DNA of 20,000 nucleotides from Mesotaenium endlicherianum (lineage: Eukaryota): positions 84,871 through 104,870 of the forward strand of contig WELA01003305.1 of NCBI GenBank assembly GCA_009602735.1. Reading direction: 5' to 3'. Below are positions 9,601 through 19,285 of this stretch, in pieces. The notes beneath the pieces were generated by a model. The model was not told where the DNA came from. It was given only the letters and a program-made list of their open reading frames with translations, and searched no databases. The translations under genes were made by a program, and so were the position numbers. Numbering within the stretch: position 1 is the first letter of the stretch; each line of letters starts with the position of its first letter.

Positions 9601-12600
9601 GTCTTTGGGATAATCCTTCCACGTCTTTGCTGACTCTGATGTATTTATAATATATGCACACTTTCAGAGAGTGGCAAAAGGACTACTGGTTTGAGCATGT
9701 GCAGCGAGGAGTGTGTTATATATGGGTATCAGTTGAGGCTGATAAATCCTCCTTATAAAAGGAAAGACTCGAATTATATGCGCACACACTGCATGCTCGT
9801 GTTATGACATGCGAGCTTTGCAACGTTTCGCTGTGGAGCCGCATGTAAATAAATTACGCGAGCTGTAGAGCACTCGTAGCATATATAAAACATTCCGCGA
9901 GAAGCGTATCTGCGCAAGCCCCTCCCCTGTCTCTAAGAGTGAGGCACCCCCTCACACATGTCAGCAGACGACATGGCCCCCCAAACGCGTCAGCAGGGCC
10001 CCCCACACGCGTCAGCAACGCACACGTGTCAGCAGAGCACACACCCCCTCATAAGTGTCCACAGTGCCCGCACCCCCTCACACGTGTCAGCGACGCGCAC
10101 ACGCCCTCGCGCAAGCATGCCAGCTGGCAGCGTTCAGCAAGCAGACAAACGCATGCTCCGTACTCTGCCGCCCTTGTGAATGTATGAGATGGTGCCTACT
10201 GCTAACAAGCACGCGCTCTCTGCGGCGGCCATGGATGCGCCAACGGGACGGATGCCGGCAGCAAACTAGTGCGTGCTCTCGGCGGCGGCAGCCATGGATG
10301 CATCTGTACGCACGGACGGGTGCACGCCTGCACGCAAGGGGGGAGGGGGGGGNCAGCAGCTGACAAGTGCGCTCTTTCCTTGCGACGGCCGCCATGGACG
10401 TATGGCTGCGTGGGTGCGCGCGCGTGTGCGCCTGCAGGGTGGGGGGTGGTGCTTCACGGTGGCGGAGTGCTACAGGCGGAGCAAGAGCAGCCTGGGGTCC
10501 TCGCGCTTCCTGCCCGCCTCCGCCGATTTCAGCGGCATCCTCAGCGCCGATCCGCACGTCAATCCAGGTGCGTGCTGGCCCGGTGGCTCACTTGCTCGCG
10601 GGCGAGGGCTAACTGCTGCCTGACTGCCGGCCTGAGTGAGTGACCCCCCGCCCCCCCTTCCCCTTCCCGCCCCTCCCCTCCCTCCCGGATAATCGGTGAT
10701 TGACCTTTCGTCCTCTCCTGTGCTTGCCCTCGCTTACCCTCCTATGTCTTCCCTAGCCCTTGGCGCGGCTTCTTGTCCTTCTTTTTCCCGGTCGGGAGGG
10801 AGTGCTGGCTTGATTGGGCACAATAGAGTGGAGGAGGGAAGTGCTAGACTCTCATGCAACCCCCCTGGCTGCTGGCTGCTGCTCCGGATGGCGGACCTCT
10901 CCCTCTGGTCAGCTTAGGGGAAGGTGTGAACACACAAATGAATAGAGGGGGGAGTCAGAGTGCCATGCACTTGCTGCCTGCTGCCTCCTGCTGCTGCTGC
11001 CTGCTGTTGCTGCTTGATGATGATGGATGGAACTCCCTCTCTGGTTGCCAAGTAGAGGCAGGTGTGATCAGAGCTCGGGCTGCTCCTCCCTTGTGTGCCC
11101 CCCCGTTTGTACCCCGGGTGCACGTGCGTGCTTGCACGCAGGCACACGCGGTGCTGCTCCCGCAATGCCCACCTGGAACCTCGGGGGGTTCTGGGGAACG
11201 TGAGTTAAAGTCTGATGATTTCTTTTGGGAGAGGGTGGATTGGGCGGGGGGTCGCAGATTTCTACAACTGGAACTTGATGTACCTCCAGTCGTGCGACGG
11301 CGGCATGTTTGCGGGCAACCGGGGGACGCCGCTCTCAAACGGACAGGTGCGGAAGAGAAAGCACCAACGCGTGTGAGGTGTGCGGTATGTCTATCATTGC
11401 GTATCTGAAGACACAGATATTACACGGATAATACACAACTATTACCAAGTAGATACATCCTCACAAATGTGCATGTGCGTGCGTGCGTGTGTGTGTGTGT
11501 GTGTGTGTGTGAGTGTGCGTGTGCGTGTGCGTATGCGTGTGTGTGTGGTTGTGGGGTGCGGGGTGGGAGCAAGGCAGGGCAAGTACGTGCGCTTCCGCGG
11601 CAAGGCTGTGAGCGACGCCTTGCTGACAGAGGCTCTCTACACCCACGGCATGATCAACGCCAAGGAGGTAACTTAGCTTGCGCACGTGCGTGTGCGCGCT
11701 TGCCCGCATGTGTATATGTGTGCTTGTATGCATGTGTGTGCCTGTGTGTACCTGTGTGTGCACGTGTGCATGTGTGTCCGTGTGTATGTGTGCACAGGTG
11801 CGCCGGCATGCATGTACATGCCTGTGTGCGCGTGCGTGCGTGTAGGATTTTGAGCACATGTGTTGAGCGTCTGTGTCTGTTTCCGTGTGCATGCGTGTAT
11901 GTGTGTGTTTGCATGTGTGCCTGTCTGTGCCTGTCTGTCTACACAGGGTTCAGAGCATAAGCACACATGCGTGCATGCGGGCGTGCGTCTGTGTGTGTGT
12001 GTGTGTGTGTATGTTTGTATTTGTGGACTGGAACGAGTGAGCACCCTGTGGACCGTGCAACCACGACGATTGAGTAGGAAGATGTAAGCAGGCAGGTGTG
12101 ATGCGTGTGAAATCTGTGTCTCGCACCTTCAGTCTGCCTGCACCTTTTGGATATCGTGCTCCTGTTCTCAGTTCACTCATTCGCGCACTCGTGCGGCGCT
12201 CGCTCGCGCGCAGGTGCTGGTGGGCGGAGAGTCGGCCGGCGGCCTGGCGGCGATGATGCAGAGCGACAAGATCAGGTCGAAGTTTGCGAGGAATGCGCAT
12301 CCGCCACGTGTCAAGTGCATGAGCGACGCCGGCTACTTCCTCGATTTGTACTCTCCCCCCCCTCACTACTCCCCCTCACTACTCTCCCTTAAGACGTCAC
12401 ATGTCCTCAACCCGAACACAATCTTGCAACTTCAAGTATCATCCAAACCTTCCACTAAGCATGCCCCATCTATCACCCCCCCGGAATTTCCAAATTATTT
12501 AACCCCTACTTTCTAAACCTTGAACTCGACAATTAAGCCCTCAATTTTTTAATCCCTGCAACCTTAAAGCTCGTAGCCCCCCCAACCTTATCCCAGAAGC

Positions 12601-13088
12601 TCGAGCCCCCACACGAGAATCACGATTGTCCCACGTGTCACAAATGTCACAAATGTCACAGATCAGAAATGTCACAAGTGTCACAAAGGTCCAATTGTCA
12701 CAAGTGTCACAAAGTGGCCGTCCGCCGGAAGCATGCCTAGTGCAAACTCTGATTTCCAAAGCTACGCCACAACACGGCGTTTGAGCTTCAGTCGTTGTCC
12801 GGAGAAGAAATTCTCCATGTCCAAAGACATGCCTGTTTCTCAAACTTCACAATATACCCAACAGCTTGGCTTCCACTTGGGCCTTCCCTCATCTTCCCTT
12901 GCCCTAACTCTTTCTTCTCTACCCAGGGCCCTCCTTCCCTTTGCCTGCCCCACTCTGCTTTAAGAGTTCCTTACGTATGCCTCCATCTGCATGATTGCAA
13001 AAGAAGCCAAAAAAGAAAAATCTTGCTGCGTGTGCAAGCACGCATGCATAGAGACACACAAGTGCGTGCTGCACATGCACGCATACAC

Positions 13089-13122
<34 letters not shown>

Positions 13123-15934
13123 TGCGTTTTACGCCCAGACATACACATAATCACACCCGCATGTACTCCCACACACAGGCACACATGCGCACACACACAC
13201 ACACTCCCACACATGCACACACACAACGTGCGTGGCCACTTACACACGCACACTTACTTGCACTGGGAAGCATTCAGAAGAGGACATGGACAGGGATCCC
13301 GAGAACAACACCTCTCTGCCTGGCTCCGAGCTGCCCCGCCATGCCCGCCACATGAACGGCCCACGCGGCTTCCCTGTTGTACCCACTTCATCTCTAGCCC
13401 CAGAAAGAAGCCCCACCCCAATCAGCCTGCCCTGCCTGCCTGCTTGCCTGCCTGCCTGCCTGCTTGCCTGCCTGCCTGCCTGCCTGCCTGCTCGGAGAGA
13501 TCGCTCACCTGCCCCGCCTAGACTCCCCAGGGGCACCGCGACGGGTGGCAGGGCCCTGTCCGCATTCCTCTTACTCTTGTGTGCGTGCCGGCATCGCGTC
13601 ATGGGCGGCTCGTTCTCACCCCAGGGAGCTGACTGGGCCTGGCTCCCTAGCCTAGCCTCCGGGTGGGGGGGGCGCGCCTGCCTATCATAGCTGGAGCAGA
13701 CTGGAAGAGGCAGCCTCACTGGGTTGTTCTGTCTTGCCCCGTGCGCCTCGTCCAGTTCCTGCTTACTCGCCCTAGTCAGATTCATTTTATCATTGGCTTT
13801 GTTTTTGTCTCCAGTACAAGACTAAGTCTACCTCCTCCTCATAGGTATGAGTAAGCAGGCGAGACGTCTGCTCTCGCTCCCAAAATAATACATGTCAGAA
13901 TCGGCTAGCCCACATACAGAGCACAGCAAAGTAACGAATGGGTCTCGTCTCTCTTCTAGAATGAGCGTGCATGTCAGGAGGAGAAGGCTCTAACACTGTG
14001 CGCAATCCGTGGGTCTTTCCCAGCTCTTTAAGCTCCCTCACCCCAATTACTTCTGCTATTGGTGCGCTCTGATCCCGGGAGTGCAACAGACCAAAAGTGG
14101 GCCTACTACCTCCTAGCTTAGGCGTGAGCGTGCCCGCACCCCTGAAGCAAAATAGAGATCTCCCCGCGCCCCGCGCCCCGCGCCCCACGCCTTCGCCTTC
14201 GCCTTCGCCACCGGCTCATGCTTTACTCACTTTGTACCAAACGAGGGGTGGCTGGGCTTTGGGGGCGGGGCGTTGTGGGTGGGGGGTGGGGGTTGGGGGG
14301 TGCTGGAAACGCACGTGCGCGCTTGCAGGCAGGACGTGAGGGGCTGCATGAGCATGCGCAAGCGCTTCCAGGCCCTCTGGAGCATGCAGGTATCTCCCGA
14401 CACGCACGCGCACGCACGCATCCGTGCGCGTACGCACGCACGCACCCACATACACACACACACACACACACACACTCTCACTCACGCGCATGCGTGTGCC
14501 AATACAATCACTCCCCCTCTCCAATTAAGCTCTCCCTTTTCTCCAAAACCTTCCCTTCCCCCCCTCCCCCTCCCNNNNNNNNNNNNNNNNNNNNNNNNNN
14601 NNNNNNNNNNNNNNNNNNNNNNNNNNNNNNNNNNNNNNNNNNNNNNNNNNNNNNNNNNNNNNNNNNNNNNNNNNNNNNNNNNNNNNNNNNNNNNNNNNNN
14701 NNNNNNNNNNNNNNNNNNNNNNNNNNNNNNNNNNNNNNNNNNNNNNNNNNNNNNNNNNNNNNNNNNNNNNNNNNNNNNNNNNNNNNNNNNNNNNNNNNNN
14801 NNNNNNNNNNNNNNNNNNNNNNNNNNNNGGGGGGAGGGTTTTTCCAAAGAGGGGAGGGGGCAAGGGGGGAGGGGAATGTTTGAGCGCAGCTTGGGGGGAC
14901 GAGGGGGCAGATTTAGCCAAGTTAAAAATAGAGATCATGAGAAGGGGAGGCATCTGTGGCCTGGGGCAGTCAGCCGAGCAGGCACCTTCATTTTTCCCCC
15001 TATCGTTCTTTTCTCTGTGGGGTGTGCGCAGTTAGCTTTTGGATTCGGGGCTAAGAGTCTGAGGCAAAGTGCTGGGGTAGAAGGAGAGGCCATAGGACTG
15101 AATGATGGAGCGACAGTATGAGTAGATTACAAATTCTTAAGTTGAAGGCATTGCCCTTTTCCCTCGGCTGTTTGAGGCGGCCATACGTGGGACGGGGATA
15201 GGAGGAGCTCCTTGCCACATTTGTCGCTCGCAGAGAGAGAGGGGAGAGGCTCGCTTCGCGCCGCGGTAGAACAGTGAGAGCGTCGGGCTTTGTGCGAGTG
15301 ACCCGCAGCCTTGCACGCGCGCATGCATGCGTGCGCGTGTGGGAGCGACCTCCTCTGGAGAGTGAGACTCTGTCTCCTCTGTCTCCTCTGTCTCCTCGGT
15401 TCCCCTGCAATAGTCTTCTAAGTATCCGGATGGCCTTCCAGCTGACTCGAGTGTTGCATGTCGAACAGCCTCTTGAGAGAGAGAACGAAGCGTTTCCCGG
15501 ACCTTGGTCTTCTTCTTCCTTGGGGCCGCCGGCTGGGTGCTGGCTGGCAATCGCCTGGAGAGGTTCGCAGTATTCCCCCCGGCCTTCCAGGGAAAACAAC
15601 TTGCACGTGCAACGAGGAACCGCCTCGTGAGAGTGAGGATCAAACCTAACCGAGTCTGCCTTGCTGGCTGGGGGGTGGGCTGGCAGTCGCCGCGCGACGG
15701 GGTGCATCAGCGGTGCCCCAGCATCAAGTCCAAGCAGAAGGCCTGGCAGGTGCTGCATCTGCCCCCCCGTTGTCTGCTGCCCGTGCGCCTGCATGCATGT
15801 TCGTCGTTTCCTGCTGACTGATAGCATGCGCGCTCTTTGACTGATAGTGTGCGGCTCATTCCTAGAGCTCGTCCTTCAGCTGCCTTGGGCGCACTGCCTT
15901 GCTTTGCTGGCACACACACATGCGCGCGCGCGCA

Positions 15935-15965
<31 letters not shown>

Positions 15966-18900
15966 GCGCGCGCATATGCAGACACACAGACACACAGAGA
16001 GAGAGAGGCACATGCACACGCACATACACATGCACTTGTACGCGCACGCGCACCTGCACAAGCACACATGCATACAATTGATACCCACCCAGGAATACTT
16101 CTTCCCCCCCCAGCCCCATTCCGCTCCCCTCCTCTCCCCCCTCCTGTTTCCTCTCTCCCTCTCTCCCTCTCCCTCTTTCGAATCGTCATCAGTTCATCTG
16201 TAACATAAACCCAGTCCGTTTAGCCAAGCAGCCAAGAAGACCGCTGTGCCATGGGTGCAGCGTATTTGTTGTGTGCCCAAGCAGGAGACCCTTGCAAGTG
16301 CTGCCAACGAACAAACTATCACGCTCTTGAAGAGCATGAAGCTTATCGCTCCTGCTCAGTGTGCGCACTCCTGCTCTGGAACCCGCCTCCAACACTCTCT
16401 TGGCATGCGGGTGGCGAGCGTGGGCGCGCACGTGTAGAGGCCAAGTGGGCCCATTTGCTCCTCTTAGCTTCCCATGTGTTCCATTCGTTGTGTCGCCCTC
16501 TGGGCCTTCCTCTCGTCCACACCATGTTCATAATTTTGTGTTGCCTAGTCGGGCATACGCACGCGGCGTGCACGTTGTGACGCAAGTTCTGTTGTTTAAT
16601 ACTCCTTCATGCACCCGTTTGCACTCACACACCACCCACATCCACTCACCCGTGCGAGAGTGCTTCCGGTCGGTTGACCGGCCACCAACCAATGGCATGA
16701 GAGTGGGAGCGGCACGAGCGAGTCAAAACAGTCGCGGCCCCTGGGGGGAAATTGTTGAGTGAGGTGGCAACTAGGTGGGGGGGGCACTCTCGCTCACCAC
16801 CCGCCCGACTCCCGGGCCCATGCTGGCGATGGCTCCGACGGCGCTACTCCTCTCTGACTGCCACGTGTCGCCTCCCCCCCCCCCTTTCTCATGCTCCTCC
16901 CCTCCGTCCGTGCAGTGCCTGTTCCCGCAATACTTTGTGGCGCAGATAGAGACGCCCCTCTTTGTCGTCAACTCGCTCTACGACACCATCCAGGTACGCG
17001 GCCTCCCGCTATGACACCCTTCGTCTCGAGCTTGCCCTGATAATACACTCACTTTCATTAACTCGCGTACAACACCATCCATGTACGCCCCGTCCCGCCC
17101 CGCCCCTGCATCCTCCCGCTCCTCGTCGCGGCACTCCCTCTATGACACTCTTTGTCTCGCGCTTGCTGTGGTCACGCATACTCACTGTCACTAACTCGCA
17201 CTATGACACCATTCAGGTGCGCACGCCATATGCCACGCTGCCATGCTACGTCGTTTTGCCCCTGTCATGAACCCCAGCTGCAACTCTCTCAGCCAGAGGC
17301 TCATTCTATAGATCTGTGACACCGTTCTGTCATTATCCCGCTATGTGACACCCCGCTCTGTGACACCCCCTCTGTCAGAATTTTGCCCTGTGACACCCTT
17401 GTCACAATCCCTGTTCTATGACACCGCCCAGGTGCGCTGCACCCCCACCCTTTGTCCATAACTCACGCCATGACGTTCTCGTTCTCCTTCGTCGTGAGCC
17501 AACTCACTCCACCAATCTTTCACCCTCTGTCATTAACCAGCTCTGCGACGATTGTCACAATCTCGCTCCCATGACACCACCGAGGTGCACTGGAAGCTCT
17601 CAATTTTCTCACTGAGCTCTGTGACACCGTGACACCCTTGTCGCAGTCTCCTTTCTACGACACCATCCAGGTGCCCTGTGCATTGCCTGCAGGCTCTGCT
17701 TCTTCTGCAGCAGCCCCCTTGCTCGACTGTTGCGCTAGCTAGTAGCATGCATGTGTTGGTCTCTAGGTCCCCAGCATCCGCTCCCTCTCTCTCTCTCTAT
17801 CTCCCTATCTCACTCTTGGCACTGGGGGCTGGTGCATTCCCTCCTTCTCCTGGCCTAAGGGGTGGGGGCCATGCGCGCCTGCACTGCCTCCCCCTTGGGT
17901 TCAGGGTACAGGGCCATGCACGCCTGCCACTGCACGCCTTCTCCCCAAATCCCCCATTGGTCGTCTGCACCATCTACTGTATGCAACACTTTCGAATCCA
18001 TGTTATGCTCGCACGTCGTCCTGCTTCTGTCAAGGAATCACGACAGGCGCGCCTGTAGAGCGTGTACTACAAAAAGAGGGGAGTATGTTCGAGTTGTGCA
18101 TGCGGAGGCGAGTCAGAAGAAGGGGTGTCGTTGATGGGGAGTCTGGTGCCCGCACGTGCGTGCGTGTGAGTCATACGCACAGCTGCAGCAGCAGTAGCCA
18201 GCTGCCAGCGGTGGCTGGCAGGAGGAGGGCCCATGCACCCCGCACGCCCCAAGCTCGCCCTCTGTTTGGCTGTTTTTGCTGCTGCGCACGCCCCAGCGTG
18301 CCCTCTGATTGGTTGCTGCTGCTGCTCCACACGCCCCAGCGCGCCCTCTGACTGGCGGCGGCAGCAGCTGCTCCAGCTGACAAACTCGCCGGTGCCCACC
18401 CACCCCGCACACGCCCCAGCCAGCGCACCCTCCACTTGTACTCTGCTGATCTTTCCCCTGCCGCTGGTGCTTGCTCCTCCCGCTGCTGTCACTGGTGCTG
18501 CTGCTGCTGCTACGACTGCGGCTGCTGGCGCTGCTGCTGCTGCTGCTACCGGTGGTGCCGACTCTGCAGCTGACAAACTCGCTGGTGCCCATCGGCGTTT
18601 TTGGCGCCTCCTCGCGCGGCCTCGTCAAGATCTGGTCCGCCTGCCTGCCATGGGCGCTGCGCTGCAGCCACGGACAGCTGTCGACGCTCCAAGGCAAGCG
18701 GCCCAGCCTTTAGCCCCCACCCACCGCCACCCCCCGCCGTCCCAGCCGCTGCTCGCGCATGCTCTCCTGCCGTCTCTCTGCTGGCCTCCCACAAACTCAA
18801 GACAACAGGAAGAGCAGGGGTGCACTCTTATGAGTAGAAGAATGTTTGCATCGGGAGCTGAAGGGAAGGCCGTGAGGGTGATTGTGATGGCCGACGTAGA

Positions 18901-19285
18901 AATAAAAAAGTTGAAGACGCTAAAGAGAGGGGCTTGTGAAAAATCAAAAGAGTTGGTGCCGAGGGGGGCGAGAGAGAGGGAGAGGGTGGGAGGGAGGGGG
19001 AGGGGGAGAGCGCATAGAGTAAGGAAGAGAGTGAAGGGAAAGAGGAAGGGAGGGAGGGAGGGACGGAGACGCAAGTACCAGAGAGACATTGGAACTAAGA
19101 AGAGACTGTCGCGCCGTGTTTGTTTCCCTGTGGGTGTGTGTGCAGAATTTAGGTACATGATGATCGGCCAGCTGAGCCACGTGCTGGCGAGGCAGCAGAA
19201 CGGCGTGTTTGCTTACTCGTGCTTCGCGCACACGTGGGCCTTCACCGACGCCCACTGGAAGGTCACGCCCACTGTCCGTGGCAAG
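6381..19285 (+). CDS. PAE: Pectin acetylesterase (CE13 / Notum-like alpha/beta hydrolase), 12 exons in window, 3' end incomplete
   Basis: The spliced ORF of 492 codons contains the family motifs in order: KGA|VCLDGTPAAYYFRKGYGSGAANWLFYFQ|GGGWC, GILS...NP|DFYNWN...CDGGMFAG, RFRG, GGESAGG (catalytic Ser), KCMSDAGYFLD, CLFPQ...PLFVVNSLYDTIQ (catalytic Asp), SCFAH (catalytic His). All introns end in AG and phases match. The usual C-terminal GDW...DC..PC segment is not in the window. Confidence 0.95.
7110..7722. repeat. Degenerate ~32-bp minisatellite in PAE intron 1 (consensus ~gggactggcttactagtgagaacagaaactaa), about 18 copies
   Basis: Recurrent gggactggct(t/c)actag...cagaaactaa units spaced about 25-33 nt apart. 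Confidence 0.9.
8562..8761 (+). CDS. PAE: PAE exon 2 (linker to ...LVKLNRVHALQKGA)
   Basis: acacag| acceptor after a T-rich tract and G|gtagga donor. Ends with the family-typical KGA plus a phase-1 G that completes the V of VCLDG. Confidence 0.88.
9437..9519 (+). CDS. PAE: PAE exon 3 (VCLDGTPAAYYFRKGYGSGAANWLFYFQ)
   Basis: atgcag| ... CAG|gtacga; hallmark CLDG motif. Confidence 0.97.
9945..10100. repeat. Degenerate minisatellite (cccc.cacacgtgtcagca) in intron 3
   Basis: About six visible copies of ca(c)(a/g)(c/t)gtcagc preceded by C-runs. Confidence 0.75.
10438..10567 (+). CDS. PAE: PAE exon 4 (GGGWCFTVAEC...GILSADPHVNP)
   Basis: ctgcag| ... CCAG|gtgcgt; oxyanion-hole GGGWC motif. Confidence 0.97.
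11258..11346 (+). CDS. PAE: PAE exon 5 (DFYNWNLMYLQSCDGGMFAGNRGTPLSNGQ)
   Basis: tcgcag| ... CAG|gtgcgg; DFYNWN and CDG motifs. Confidence 0.97.
11473..11547. repeat. (GT)n / (GTGC)n compound microsatellite; similar degenerate TG-rich tract at ~11690-12015
   Basis: Directly visible dinucleotide and tetranucleotide runs. Confidence 0.95.
11578..11667 (+). CDS. PAE: PAE exon 6 (GKYVRFRGKAVSDALLTEALYTHGMINAKE)
   Basis: aggcag| ... GAG|gtaact; FRG and GM.NA motifs. Confidence 0.95.
12214..12347 (+). CDS. PAE: PAE exon 7 (VLVGGESAGG...VKCMSDAGYFLD), contains catalytic Ser
   Basis: gcgcag| ... GATTT|gtactc (phase 2); GxSxG nucleophile elbow and the SDAG.FLD motif. Confidence 0.95.
12627..12713. 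repeat. 9-bp tandem repeat (tgtcacaaa/g)
   Basis: About eight visible tgtcaca units. Confidence 0.9.
13085..13255. repeat. (CA)n microsatellite and degenerate CA-rich tract; others at ~14401-14490 and ~15911-16075
   Basis: Directly visible. Confidence 0.95.
13426..13491. repeat. (CCTG)n tetranucleotide microsatellite
   Basis: Directly visible cctg/cttg run. Confidence 0.95.
14329..14389 (+). CDS. PAE: PAE exon 8 (L|QDVRGCMSMRKRFQALWSMQ)
   Basis: ttgcag| ... CAG|gtatct. The phase 2 entry matches exon 7, and the DV.G...R..F......Q pattern fits the family. Confidence 0.92.
14575..14828. other. Assembly gap (N run) in intron 8
   Basis: Run of N between a C-rich left flank and a G-rich right flank. 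Confidence 0.99.
15687..15749 (+). CDS. PAE: PAE exon 9 (SPRDGVHQRCPSIKSKQKAWQ)
   Basis: tggcag| ... CAG|gtgctg, 63 nt, phase 0/0, with a branch-point-like ctaac at ~15646. Supplies the Cys expected before CxFPQ. Confidence 0.85.
16916..16993 (+). CDS. PAE: PAE exon 10 (CLFPQYFVAQIETPLFVVNSLYDTIQ), contains catalytic Asp
   Basis: Polypyrimidine tract plus gtgcag| ... CAG|gtacgc; CxFPQ and N..YD..Q motifs. Confidence 0.97.
17004..17676 (+). repeat. Array of degenerate copies of the exon 10 3' end plus donor site
   Basis: ctaYgacaccatYcag|gt-like units with GT at 17083, 17217, 17432, 17585 and 17671, plus shorter tgtgacacc units. Confidence 0.85.
18243..18432. repeat. ~43-bp degenerate repeat (cacgccccagcgcgccctctgattgg), 3-4 copies, followed by a (CTG)n-rich tract at ~18480-18548
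   Basis: Copies start near 18243, 18287, 18330 and 18410. Confidence 0.8.
18570..18693 (+). CDS. PAE: PAE exon 11 (LTNSLVPIGVFG...WSACLPWALRCSHGQLSTLQ)
   Basis: ctgcag| ... CAAG|gcaagc (GC donor, phase 1); W..C......C...QL..LQ family pattern. Confidence 0.92.
19146..19285 (+). CDS. PAE: PAE exon 12 (EFRYMMIGQL...NGVFAYSCFAHTWAFTDAHWKVTPTVRGK), contains catalytic His
   Basis: gtgcag| ... AAG|gtaccc; FR..M and G.F..SCFAH motifs. Confidence 0.95.

Noticed and set aside
15051..15827. 258-aa minus-strand ORF
   Set aside because: No recognisable domain. It lies antisense to intron 8 and exon 9 in GC-rich sequence, where long ORFs arise by chance.
11380..16431. Many His/Thr-rich or Cys/Val-rich ORFs (HTHTHT, CVCVCV, PACLPACL)
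   Set aside because: These are translations of (CA)/(TG)/(CCTG) microsatellites within PAE introns.
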